In this document: positions 26,906-39,720 of the stretch, piece by piece
Layout: every line of letters begins with the position of its first letter
Numbering within the stretch: position 1 is the stretch's first letter
Made by a program: the position numbers and the translations under genes
The notes under the pieces: model-generated
Database searches by the model: none
Told to the model about the DNA's origin: nothing
Seen by the model: the letters and a program-made list of their open reading frames with translations, nothing else
NCBI GenBank assembly: GCA_030141605.1
Contig: JAQGDQ010000037.1
Location: forward strand, 930,001-994,000
Direction of reading: 5' to 3'
Length of the DNA: 64,000 nucleotides
DNA from: Tubiluchus corallicola
Taxonomy: Eukaryota; Animalia; Priapulida

Positions 26906-27461
26906 CAGGCCAAGGCCCCTTCAAAAGACAGGTCGGGAAGGCATGTGATCTGGTTACATCACAAACCAGCTGTCCGCCATGCTTGGGCTAATTGTAGCGG
27001 TAGTCCCAACGAACCCATTGACGAAGATATATAAGGCATTGTCCTTATTTGTTAAAATCAAACCAAAAGGATGGCTTTTACACATTTCAAAATCTGTGTT
27101 GGGTATTTCAACAACTATCGGGGCAGTATTTAGATTATTATTTGTTCAGGACCCATCTCGTAACGAAATTTTGGATGCAACTTGTAAAACAGCTTTAGTA
27201 AAAATGAGTGATTCTGGAGTTCCGAAGTTTCACGATATTTTCATGAGCTTTTCTGTTATTAGAAATTATTTACATAGGATGAGAAGAAACGATAATAACA
27301 TGATTATCAGACAAGGCTAGCTTCATTTACTACTGAACACAGGGATCGGGACGCAACATACCAGCTGTAATAAGCCCAAACATGGCAGCGACACGCTTGT
27401 TACACACGCACCGCTGAGAGCCTTCGCGGCCTGTCTTTTGAAGGGGCCGTGGATAGGCCTG
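26906..27461. mobile_element. Inverted-repeat-bounded element (MITE, or two opposed repeat copies)
   Basis: Perfect 19-bp IR ggccccttcaaaagacagg (26914-26932) / cctgtcttttgaaggggcc (27430-27448), with weaker ~90-bp arms and caggcc..ggcctg ends. Confidence 0.6.
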
Positions 27462-28765
27462 TGATGTAAATCTGTAGTTAGGCTAATTAAGATCCTGGCA
27501 GAAATGCAGTTCGCGAAAGCAAAAATTAGAAGCAAAGTTGACGAGAAAGATACCGATCTTCAGTAATTTAATCTTACAGATGAATCTTCGTCTGTTATGG
27601 CTGCAACTAGCCCATAGGAGAAATTTCTAGCGAGCAAGTTGTCACCCCACTGTGGTTGAAGGTCTAGAAAAAGTGTGATGCATTTACTTCAAGTGATGTA
27701 CACATTATTTACTTCCATTAAACCGCTTGAACCTTTGGCACCTCAAACGTCGTGCTAAGAAGGTATCCAGTAATATAACAGAAGGATAACGTACGTGGAT
27801 TTAATTTCATAGCGTCCGTGAAAATGCCATTTTACCATTGTATTGTAATTGAAGGCGACTTCATCGCTTTTGCTGTGTCATTCATTGGATTCTCTTTGTA
27901 AAAATATAGAAGGAAGGTTTCTATTTTGCAATGCATAAGCTCGTTAAGCAAACCAAAATGAATATTCTACAGCAGGTTGTAAGCTGACCGGTTCTTCCCT
28001 TTAAACCCTTTTTATTTATTGTTCAATTTATATAAGCCACGTAAGCCTTTAAAGTGTAAAATTCCCCTTGATTCGTTACGAGGAGCTTGCTATAAAGCTG
28101 CATTTTCCCCAAGACACCAATTTAGTGTATGTTCTTGTAGACTATGCAGGTGAGATGTTTAATAAAGCAGTTGCAACTAGAAAATAAGATGCCTACTGAG
28201 ATTAGTTAGCTTAAAAGTAGTTTTATTGTAATATCAATACGGCTAGAACAAGACAGTTTTATGACTGATGAACTTTCTCGCCAACGGAACGTAACACTTT
28301 GATAACCATAATTACGAGTGCAGACAATAACTACGAACAGCATAGTAGTATTATAGTATGAAGCGAATATGAATACATAAATAGCATAAAATCAAAAATA
28401 ACATTAATATTACTATGACTAAATGTAAACTAGGACATTGACTGAGCGCTTATTTATCAAGAAATATAAATTTCTGTAGAAGCTTAAATACTGTACTTGA
28501 ATATTAAGAGAATATTATAGTACAAAATTTTGATTTAGTAAAATATCTTGAGCTTGGCGACCTAAAGGGCAGCTGAGTAGAAAATGATTATCTTTTCAAT
28601 AGAAGAACCACATCTACAGGCAGGTATAACAGGAGTTCAGTAAGAATTTTTAGTGTGTCATAATTGTGTCCTTTTGAGGGCCTAGGCTAATGAAATTGTG
28701 GGGCCCCTCAGACGGATCCACCCTCTAATTCGCCCATACCCGTCTTGAATACTTGTTACTCGTGA

Positions 28766-28901
28766 TATATTTTAGCGACATTTACATATTTTGAAGTAAA
28801 TTCATTGCTAATTTTTAAAATAAACTAAAATAGTATATTTTAGCGACATTTACATAATTTGAAGTAAACTCATTGCAAATTCTTTAAATAAACTAAAATA
28901 G
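28766..28901 (+). repeat. 68-bp tandem duplication inside a hAT-like MITE remnant (~28670-29101)
   Basis: tatattttagcgacatttacata...aaactaaaatag occurs twice (28766-28833, 28834-28901). Confidence 0.75.
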
Positions 28902-30289
28902 TTATCTTTTGTTTGTCAATAAAAATATTCTTTAAGAAATACCACTATTTTAGTATTTATTGCAAACAAAATTAGGACATATTTCAAAACAACCGTAGTG
29001 AAAATACATATTTTTTTACTAAGGTTTGTCAAAGCTTGAGAGACCCCAAGCTTGAAGGTCCTAGGCTGCAGCCTATACTAGCCTATAGGATAATCAGGCC
29101 CGGACATTATTAGAAATGTAATCTAGTAAAAGTGACCCATGACGAGTTGAAAGAACGATGGTTGGAAAATACAGATTTAGAGTACTTTTGAATTTAGGAG
29201 CAGCCATGGATAGTATGGGCGGTACAATCATTTTCCGAGATGTTCGATCAGCCACCTGACCATGTTGTGATAATGTATGATGCGCTTACTGTATTAATGC
29301 AAGTAGTCCAGACATTCTGCCGGAAATGAAAAGATCTGCACGAGCACTAGAAATTTTAATTATTACTGCCACTTAACAATCCACTCGACCAAGATGTACA
29401 GAAGTTGAATGACTCAAGCTTGTTACCGTGTTAAAATAGTTTTTTTAGTAATAGTTTATTTATTTAATGAGTTAAAAGTATTACATAGTATCACGCATAA
29501 AACTTGCACACATTCTTATAATAATACATTCTACGTACACATAAAACGATAAAATTATCATAAAAAGCAGTCAAGAGAATGGGGAGATGACAAAAAAACT
29601 TATATTTTCTTTCCCCTTTCAGTTACGATATATTATCTTCAAAACTAATTTTTGACTTCACCAGAAAAGATCCTTCAGATTATACAAAGATATCTGGCCC
29701 ATCTTAACGTGCATGTCTGACAACAGTTAAGTCCTTACAAGGTATGTAAATCAACGCGAAAGACCTGAAACACGAGAAACTGCTAGAAAACGCGCAATAG
29801 CGTGCTTTAAGCACAGTGTTTTCACAATTGGTTTTCACTTGTCAAGGTAAACAGAAGTTTTATTGAGACTACAAGTTATATCAGTAGAGCCTCCTTTCCA
29901 TGCCTGCAATGACATTGATTTTTAAACCTGAAAAGCCATTTGGAACGTTTGCCATATAAATACGACTTTTATTGTTTAATGTGCTTTGCAAAACATCGCC
30001 TCGAACATCTATATTCGATAAGCAAACATGTCGCGACTGCATAAAGACATTTTTTAAGAAACTCAAACAGTAATTGAGCTCGCGTAACTTACGAGCAGTC
30101 GATGTAGTAAAGTGGAATGGTTCGCAAGATTGATATTTAGTTTCCAAACAAAATCAGTATCAACAACATAAACACATATGCAGGCTAACACTAGGACTCG
30201 CGCGCTGAAAGACAAACCGCGATTAGGGAAAAAATCCGTGTTTTAACTGCATAAAACGTAACTGAGATTATAAGCGTTTTACTTGTTTG

Positions 30290-30710
30290 GTATAATTAAC
30301 TAACAATCTCATATCTAATGCAAATAGGTATAGAAGATTGGGTGTTTGACTCGTAAAGTTGCCGCCAGTAACATGTTGTGTTCAAATCAGTCTAATGGTA
30401 TACGTCAGTGAGGAGTGTCTGACATCTCTTTTAACATGTCTAATGGTGCACGTCAGAGAGAAGTATAGTCACCCCTTCTGCTCACATTTTATGTTAATGA
30501 TTTGTCGAAAAAATTAAAAAGGCTTAAAAAGTGCTACACGTAGAGTGAGTTGTAAATCGATCAAGTATTAATTATTTTCTGATGATTTGTGCCTTATAGG
30601 GTATTCTGTCAACAGTTTACAGAAATTATTAGATATATGCGAAAATGTTACCGTTTCTCACAATATTGTGTTTAATGAGTCTAAGACGAAGTGTCTAAAG
30701 CTTTTCTTGA
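30290..30710 (+). mobile_element. Degenerate LINE reverse-transcriptase fragment
   Basis: SNGIRQ*GV, FYVNDLS, SDDLCLI..LQKLLDICE..HNIVFNESKTKC are non-LTR RT motifs. Confidence 0.75.
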
Positions 30711-30850
30711 TGGTAAACGAATTAACGTCAGTAAAAGTGATTACATACTATATGTAATATTACTTTTTATAGCAGAGAGCTAGGGAAAGCTTTCTTTACA
30801 CAGTTCGATACTCTGCAAACAGGAATTCAGCACTCAAAAACGGGGTGTAC

Positions 30851-31511
30851 TTAAAGGAAGACAGGATGATTTTTCATATACTAAGCCCATTTTCAAGTCC
30901 GATAAAAATTTTAACGCAATTAATACTGCAAAAGTGTTCCTGATAATTAAATAAAGATAATTAGTAATAATAATTATCTGAAAATTAAATAAAATAATAG
31001 ATTAAAAACTTGGTTACCGGCGGGCGAGCCCAACTACTAATGGCATCACAAACTAACATAATTTTGAACAGCAAAAATATTCCACAAGCGTGTTGCGTGT
31101 GTTTGCGAAAGCAAAAGTTGAAGTACAGTGCTATTGTAAGATATTCAGTGTGTTGTACTAAAACTAGGCAAGTTTTGAGATAAAAATTCAAATTTCATAT
31201 TTACCGCTGTGCTCACGCATGAGCTGTTGAACGTGGATAGGTCCTTACAAACTAACATATCTGAACTGAGAGGTACAGCACCTGTTTTTTGTGCCATGGG
31301 TTTCCGAAATGCAGGCGCTCGTGCCCGTCTATCTAGCGAATGGCGAAATGCATGTAACAGCGAAGAACTAGTGGGGCGAACGTGAAATTGCGTTTGTGGT
31401 ATTAATTCTCTCACGTAAGTAATTTTCGAAAAAATTGTATGTTTCATTTCAATATTTTAAAGTGTAGATTGTTTTAGCTACAGTTTAAGATTAGATCCGC
31501 TTTTGCTTTAA
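30851..31511 (-). mobile_element. Kolobok-like non-autonomous element, copy B
   Basis: Bounded by TTAA|aggaagacaggat and atccgcttttttgct|TTAA-like ends (imperfect TIR, TTAA target); the interior matches copies A and C. Confidence 0.6.
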
Positions 31512-32822
31512 TGTAGATGCAACTTATTCAATTATTAACGATAATCCTTTTAAATGAGACAGTTAGCCGGCAATTGTGTACTAGTCACGTTTAATGTGTA
31601 GAAGGCCTCCGTACAGGCATAGGTATTTGGTGCAATATATGTCTCACACAGAAGCAGTTTTCCTGGCTGCCATCCATCCATTTAGTAGTCAACTTAGACA
31701 CTGTTTAACTTCGCAGCCAAGCACGCACCATAATCAATCAGTGTATTGTCCCAAATGTAGTACGCTATTTATCTTGAACGAGCTTTTAATTGCCTAGCAG
31801 CTAGCGCTTAGCTTCATCTCTGGCACATTGCGCATTCCCAAATGCACTATTAATTTTTCTTTGAGTAGATTATTTGTTTTCTGTGTAATTTTTACTGTCC
31901 AACTCATTCATCGTGCCATATAGTGTTGATGCAATTAGGAATAACGCGTCGCTTCATCATTTTTCATCAGGTTTGATGGCATCGGATGAGCTGAATCTTT
32001 TGGTAATTGTTAATCACATTATGAAGATACTAAGTTCACGCTTACTCCTAAACAACTCCTGATTGAATGTGAAAATTTAACGTTTTTTGTTGTTAGGCGG
32101 TGCGGTCCTAGACTTAAAAAAAACAATCACCGAAAAGCGTCCATACGGTGTTTTAGTTTTGTATCTTACGCGATAAAACATCAGTTTTTTAACAACTTCG
32201 TGATGGTTCTCAATATTAAAAAGAGCAAATTTGTTAGCTACGTCCTTGTTTGCTCTGCTATAGGGTTCAGTGTATCAGTGCCAGAATAGCGTGCACACCC
32301 AGAGCCGGTTTATCATTCTTTCGCTGGCATGGAAAACATAGTTTGCTAAAAGTGTAAAATTCGCATAACACGTATAGTATTTTCGGTTGTACGGTGAGTC
32401 ACAGTGTTTCACCATGAGTTTTTCGTGTGTCTAGACTTCATAATAAAAGCTTTATTTGCCGCGCACAATTTTTTCTTAGTAGATGTAATACTCATACCTC
32501 TATTGTGCGCTCTAGCTACAGTAAAGTGAGTTCTCATCTCTATAGATAAAGCTCGCTTTTTTGCACTTATTGATACTGAAACTAAATAAACAATGGTAAG
32601 ATGCGTGATGTATGTTTTTGTGTTAGGGTGGTGATGATAATCTAGTTAGCTTACGTCTTAATCTTATGTAAAGGATGACTTCAAGCTTCCGTATCATATC
32701 CTAACAATTTTCGAGCAGTATATAGCAGTTCCATCCTTCACACAGTTTTTATTTTGTATCATTAGATAAACATAATCTTATCTAGATTTAAGCATCACCT
32801 TTTATAAACGATTGCTAGGTCT

Positions 32823-33337
32823 TGCGCAATTGCACTGGCTGCCCGTTTCTCTCAGAATAAAATACAAAATTCTTTTGTTAACTTTCAAAGCTCTGAATGG
32901 TTTAACGCCACCTATACATACAAGTGATTCTTTTTGAAACCATATGTGCCCAAACGTAATCTTAGATCAATTAGCTGATCGACTCTTGTTGTACCGCTTT
33001 ATAATCTAGTCACGTATGAACCTCATAGTTTTAGTACTGCAGCACCAAATTTATGGGACAAATTTACGCACGGAAAATAATTAATGTTGAAAAGTTCAAA
33101 TCCTTTCTCAAAATTAATTTTTACAAACCGTTGCAATTAATTAAAAATTAATATGGACTTAAAGTATTGGTTTTTGCTCTCATTTCCAGTGATTTTCATG
33201 TACACGTATTACGATTTTAGCTTTATCTATAATATTCAATTGTGTATGTACTGTTTATGTATTAAGATTACGTATGTAAAATGCATTTGTCCATTTTAAT
33301 GTTAATGCATGTTAAATATCCAATAAATTATTATTAT
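32823..33337 (+). mobile_element. 5'-truncated L2-group LINE with 7-bp TSD (taggtct)
   Basis: LHWLPVSLRIKYKILLLTFKALNGLTPP..FSTAAPNLW, then an aataaa+(tta)n tail. TSD at 32816-32822 and 33338-33344. Confidence 0.88.
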
Positions 33338-33780
33338 TAGGTCTATCACTGTAAGCCTTGTGTCATCACTCTGTTACTTCAGACTTAGTACGACACGCAG
33401 CAAAGTTTTTTGCTGATAGCCAAACAACTACACGGTTTAAAATTAATTAGCTTTTATCATACAACTGTAGAAAATGGGGAAGCCAATTGAGCTCGCCTTC
33501 CTCGCTTAATTTTCTAATCAACAAGAGCGATCATAACGCAGTATTAAAGCAGTAATCTTTCAGCTAAAACGTAATCCTTGTCGCGAGACAAAATTTGTTT
33601 CTAGCCGAGTTAGTTGTTGACTATTAGTTCCAGTTTGCTTTTAAGTTAAAGTAAATGGCTTCAGTTTAGCTGACCATGCACACATAAATTAAGCCGACAT
33701 AAGTTATACCGAAACTTCAGAGTTTCTACACGTAAAAATGATTTAAAGTCGATTTTTCTATGAGCATCATATTGTACATG

Positions 33781-33930
33781 AATAAGAATAAGAATAAGAA
33801 TAAGAATAAGAATAAGAATAAGAATAAGAATAAGAATAAGAATAAGAATAAGAATAAGAATAAGAATAAGAATAAGAATAAGAATAAGAATAAGAATAAG
33901 AATAAGAATAAGAATAAGAATAAGAATAAG
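33781..33930. repeat. (AATAAG)25 microsatellite
   Basis: Directly visible, perfect. Confidence 0.97.
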
Positions 33931-36900
33931 AACTATTCTAGTTCGCACACATAGACAGAATCAATACTACATAGGGTTACAACAATAGAATGCCAAATGC
34001 CAAATCATACGCAACCATACAGTCCTGTACATTAAATTTTGATATCAGATTTTATAATATACTGTAATTAGGGCTATCAGAAATAATTATAATATAAGAA
34101 GAATCTAATGGAGTAGTGCAGGATTTTCGGTCATTTGATACTTGAAAAATTAAATATTTACAAAAATATAAAAGATCAATAGTAATAGGATGTAAATACG
34201 AATGTAAACCTACACAGTTTACTTATCTTGTTACAAGACGGAATTACGTGTGTATTATAAACAATTTAAGATTATAGAATATATATTATATGCTTTCATA
34301 TACTATATATACTATGTATATATGAGTAATACTATGTATATGGCAAATTACGCTATTTAAGTTATTATGCTATATGAATTTTTATTCAATTCAATTCAAT
34401 TTATTCGTCTCTTTTACATAATACATAACAATATACATTATTTAATTGTGAATAATACTACTATAATAATTGAGACGAGGTGGCGAAAGACTAAGAGGTC
34501 ATCTAGCAGCAATCCTGAATACTTTTAAAGATGTACCATTTGAAAGTGTTTTAATTTTTGGGGTTAAAACTGCAACAATTTTATTGAACACTTGCATACA
34601 TTTGAATCATGGTATGAGCGATGCCGAAACATACAGGCTAGCATGTAATAACTGGGGTAGTTCAAGTGTGCAAGTGTTTCGCAAAATTATGATGTTTTCC
34701 GAAACCGATGTGGCACTTTTAATTGTAAAAATGCATTGTACTAGTGGTTTGGTATATTATCCATTTCTTTTAGGGATTTCTTATATACTTTCCTGGAATT
34801 GGCGCGTGTTCGACATCTTGTTTTGCGCATTTCAAAAAGCGTCACATAACAGTTTTTCTAACCCCGTTTTAGTGGCAAAAATATTGGCATGCTCATGTAG
34901 TCACAGAAATCCTTCGAATTTAAGAAGACAGTAAATTACGCTGTCAGCCAATTAGAACAAACACTCGGGATCGATACGACTCTTTCTGTATCACTATTTA
35001 GCATGAAGACAGACGGAGCGAGTAACGGAAATTATTCTGAAGTTAATCCTGCCCGCTATGATTTTAACGCGCTCAGGAGAAAAATGCTTCGTTTGAGCAA
35101 AGCTCATGAAAACTCCATTAATTAAGCACCTGCCGAAAGTTCCACTGAGACGAGAATCAATTTAATAAATGGCTTTTATAATCTTACTTTTCAATGGTCA
35201 TGGTGTTATTAAGCAGCTCAAATTTAAAGTGCGTAGATTTTTTGCGAAACACTGCAACTAAAGAAATCAAAAGGGCGTTACCATGTAAGTTATAAAGCTG
35301 AACAGGTTGTACGCCAGTTCCAGAAAGGCTGTGTATCACGGCACCAAAATGGCAACACAATATCTTAAAATTTTTTCTAAACAAATGAAAATGATGTAGA
35401 GTATGACGTCATTTCGATTTCCATTCGTTTTTTTATGTTTTGTTTTTGAATAGTGCTTCTGTATTTGAGAAATACTGTTGCGAAGGCGGCCAACAGGTCC
35501 AGGATTCAAATCTGGATTGATGAGAATTTCCGAAAACAAGGAAACAAATCAGAAACTTGAAGGAATAACCTGTTAGAATTTTTCTCTTGCCTCTTCTATA
35601 CTGGCTGTTTTGTGGAACAGGTGCTTTGATGGCAAACGCACCTGCCAACGCTGCTGCTGAATCACGGAATAACATGCCGGCGTACTTAATAGCTGCCGAT
35701 ATGCAATGTCTTCGTAAGAGGTGATCCATTCCAATATAGAAGGGGCACCTGCAATACTTTTAAAAGACGTGCTTGTTTATTGAACCCCCATCCATTTACA
35801 CACATTGCATTACAAACAAATAAACATATTTAATCAACGTTTAGTAGAGATAAAATACCCTTTCAAAGGAATATAGTGGCACGAGCGTACAGAACATATA
35901 ACAATTAATTCATACAAGCATTAAAGATAATTATCATGGCAACGTTACATAAAGTAGTATTAACAAGTCTTTAAACAATTGTATCTAGATTTTATTTAGA
36001 CAATAACTGGATCATTTATTTAGATGATAACTAGATAATTTTTACCGACTAACCGACTAACGGGTTAATCTATAGCTTGAACAAAAATTGTAAATTTAAT
36101 TTTTTTGAAAAAGGTTACAGGTAACTCTTTCACAAACTCATCGAACCTGTGTGTGAATATTTCTACTCCGATCCCTTTAGAAAAAAAATAAAGGAAGATG
36201 AAGATTCCTGATCAGCAATTAGAAACAGTTCAATCGAGATGACAGTGCAGATTTATAATTAACCAAAATTATAAATGCAGCGAGGCACACTTATGTCATG
36301 CTTCTGTTATACGTGGCTTGTAATATTACGCTGTTTTGATAGTTGTTTGATGTGGGAGTAGAGAAAATCATAAAATTCCGAGCTTTTCTCACGACATACT
36401 TTATATTGGATTATTGCACGCGTTGGACAAGGCGAAAGCATGTAGTCCACACTGTTTAGCTCCCAGCATTATCTCGTGAGAAACAGGGAGCTAAAGTCAG
36501 CACAAGGACAACAGGACAATCAGGTAACCAGCGAGTCGAGTAATGAAAAGAATGTCGTCATCAATGCTCGTGGCTTCCATAATGAAATTACTGCAACATT
36601 ATGCTCTCACTAACATCATCATTAAGATTAATGGTCGTAAATCATTCCCGTTGTTTTATTAAGCTCTGCTATGCTGATGAGCTTGCCTTCCCTTTCTATT
36701 TTGCAATAAGAGATGCTTTTATACAGTATGCAGTTATGCGTGTCAAAAGGAACCCTAATTAGGAAACCCTTGACACATTAAAACCCTACACTCAATAACA
36801 AAATCGTAACAGAAATCAATTTTGGTTTAATAATGTTCAGTTTTTCGTTACACGACTCTGTAAGTCGGTGTTTAGCACTCGATGACGGTTTACGTGAGGC

Positions 36901-37120
36901 CGGACCGGATCCTAGCTCATTATCAAAGATAATCCTCTGAGAAAAGAAAATGAATCAACAAATCTTTTGATAAACGAGAGGATTTATGTTTGTAAAAATT
37001 CAATATAAAATAATAGAAATAAAAGATAATCCTGAACTTATATAGTCATATACTAGACAAATTACAAAATGTAACCGACATGAAAATATGAAATAAATCA
37101 GCTATGAAATAATTTTAATA

Positions 37121-37490
37121 ACAACTAGAAGGCACTCGGTAAAGGTGCAGACCCAGAAGAAGACACGCCTTGAAGGCACAATGGGTAAAAATTATTTTAA
37201 CACTATTACCTTGATCTTTGAGTTTTGGAACCAAAAGCAGTGGGTTTCCAACTAATTTCCAGGCCCATCCGTGAATGGATAAAGCTATAATCACCAAACT
37301 AGGCACACGGACCATGTGTCATGTTTGATGATTATAACTTTATCCATTGTGATTTTGTTGTGCGGGCAGGCACATAGACGCCACTTTTTTGACATTCTTT
37401 GACTTCGTGATCATGTTCTTTGACCTTTTAACTAAAAGGCAGGCACAGCACACGTAGACAGACACGACTAACCATGCACTTATGTGGATA
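37121..37490 (+). mobile_element. Non-autonomous Helitron/Helentron-like element
   Basis: Starts acaactagaaggcactcggta..gcagacc and contains tttgacc(t) repeats and gacagacac motifs, as recalled for such elements in invertebrates. Confidence 0.45.
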
Positions 37491-39299
37491 AATACAAACA
37501 AGAATACATCTAATCACATTGAAGCAGTGTTTGCAGTACGTACCATATCAAAGCTAACGACCTATAAACGCTCTGGCATAAAGTTTTGTGTCTTCTCTGG
37601 TTGATCTTGATTTGTCTCTAATCACTCTATACTATTACTGGCAAATAAAACTATCCTGTTATGTCCGAATTTATATCCTGTTACGTCCTTAACTATTATA
37701 AGATTCCACACCGCCATTTTCTAGAGTAAGAGCGTTTTTTGTACCTATTTATAAATGTTCCCTTGTTAAGAGCCAGTAAAATCAACAAATGCCATTTTGA
37801 ACCCCAACTCATAACTTTTAGCGCACACTTTTAGAGTTGCAAAAACCAGCTTCAACTGTGATAAATGTAAAAATGCAAAGACGCCCAGAACGTTTTATAA
37901 ACGTAACAAATTTCATAAAAATTTTAGATCTCACGTTCTAGTCAATATATCTTTTTGCAGTTGATAATTGTCACTGAATATCATACATTTACGGCTGTCG
38001 TGAGTATTTGCAAAATAAAATATGGGCCAAAAAGTTATACACCAACAGACGAGGAACAAGATTTTCCAAAGATTTTCTTTTTTGCAGTGGCTAGTGTATT
38101 AAGAAATAAATATGAAAATATTGCATTTAGTATAAACTAGGAATTACTACTTTCATGCAGCATTACTTTCAAGACCTTAACATATTATCTGAGAAATAGT
38201 AATTCCGTGTAATAATGATAGTAATGAAATAATGAAATAAAACACTTAGGTTGACATCATTCTACGACTTATTTCTTGTTTTTTCTAGGCATAACAAAAT
38301 TTATTTTTTATTTAAAGAGAGCTTTAGTAATTTAAGGCATTTAAATATTTTTGCCAACTCAGCAGCCACTGTATTACATAAAATTATCACATTTTTATGT
38401 TGTAGCATTAACGTTGAGCGGTCGGAAAAGTTACTGTGAAGCAAATATGCTAAAGATTTACATGCGGTTTTCTGTCATTTACGTAACATTTTATTCAGTC
38501 GTAGCTCGTTCACTATTACTTGTTTTTTTCTGATAATATAGAATGGTTTATCATGTCAAAAACCTTAGTAAGATCAATAAACACACAGAGGCTCTCAACT
38601 CTAGTCATTATTTCGTACTGCATTATATAAAACTATTTTCTACCGGTTATGCAATTGCATGTTCTTTTACCCTATTTTGACATTCTTCTTTATTCATGTA
38701 TTCTTTTTCGTAAATCTTATTTTTAAAAAATATTACGTATTAAATAAAGACAAACCAATAGCTGAAAAGCAGCTCGTATTATAAGTGAATTTTTTGAGGC
38801 GATCAGTTTTTATTGGTGTTTAAAAATCGTGGAAAATGGAGAGAGACAATCAGTTTTTTCTATATTTACGGAGAGGCTTTGGCTTCCTGCAGAGCCACTT
38901 TGTAAATGTTTTTGCCGGTTTGCCATTGCTTGTCACATCTAGCGTTTATTGGTGCTATTTGCCCAAGCTACAGTAAAGAAACCCTTACAAAGCAACAACT
39001 TAATCTCATTTGCGAGTTTTCTAGCACACAATAGAGCAAATCATAATTTTGCGTGCAGCGTCGCTTCTTCGTATTACAGAATCGTTTTCGTTGCAGAGAA
39101 TTCAGTTATTGTCGCCATAGAGAGCTGTCGAGTTGCAGGTCTGCATCCTCTGTTCATTAGAAAACAGCCTAGCTTAGAAACTTGAACGCAGTAATTTCCA
39201 GCGAGGTTAAGTCAACGTGAATGTCAATTCGCAGGAGGGATGAAAGCGCGTAGAACCGGCATCAGACAAGATTTAAATTGCAGAAAGTGCTAAATTCAT

Positions 39300-39720
39300 T
39301 AAGTAAAAGATAGTTATAAAATTAGAAGATTAAGGTAAAAACACGAAGAACTAAAATAGCTGCTTACAAGTGTTTGTTAAAAAGTAAAAGTTTGCTAAAA
39401 TCTACTTGATATAGCCGAATTCTAAATAATTTTCGGTTGCCAGCATTTACAGTTGGAGCATCATTTACATATGGTGGTAGTTTATTCCACAAACTTACAA
39501 CTCTGTTGCTTAAGAAATGTTTAAAACAATTAAGTGAGCTTTTTTAAACGTGTAATTTCAAATGTTAGCCGTTTAGCAAGTGGTGCAAAGTTAAAAAAGA
39601 TTCACTCGAGATTGATATATCACCATGAATTATGCTATAGCACATAGTTAGATCATTATAAATGCGTCTTAATTCTAGGGGTTTCAATTTGAGTATTGAT
39701 AATCGTAGAACATTTTGGCT
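39300..39720 (-). mobile_element. CR1-group LINE 3' fragment
   Basis: Minus strand reads FKHFLSNRVVSLWNKLPPYVNDAPTVNAGNRKLF, related to the LINE at 3810-4411. Confidence 0.75.

Noticed and set aside
34470-34934. 154-aa plus-strand ORF
   Set aside because: No recognisable motif; it overlaps the minus-strand TRP S4 segment and is best read as its shadow. ORFs 38949-39185 and 53044-53325 are rejected for the same reason.
36850-36937. Minus-strand exon RIIFDNELGSG as part of the TRP pseudogene
   Set aside because: The same nucleotide motif gataatga..taggatccggtc recurs on + at ~25309-25330, so it is more likely a dispersed repeat end.
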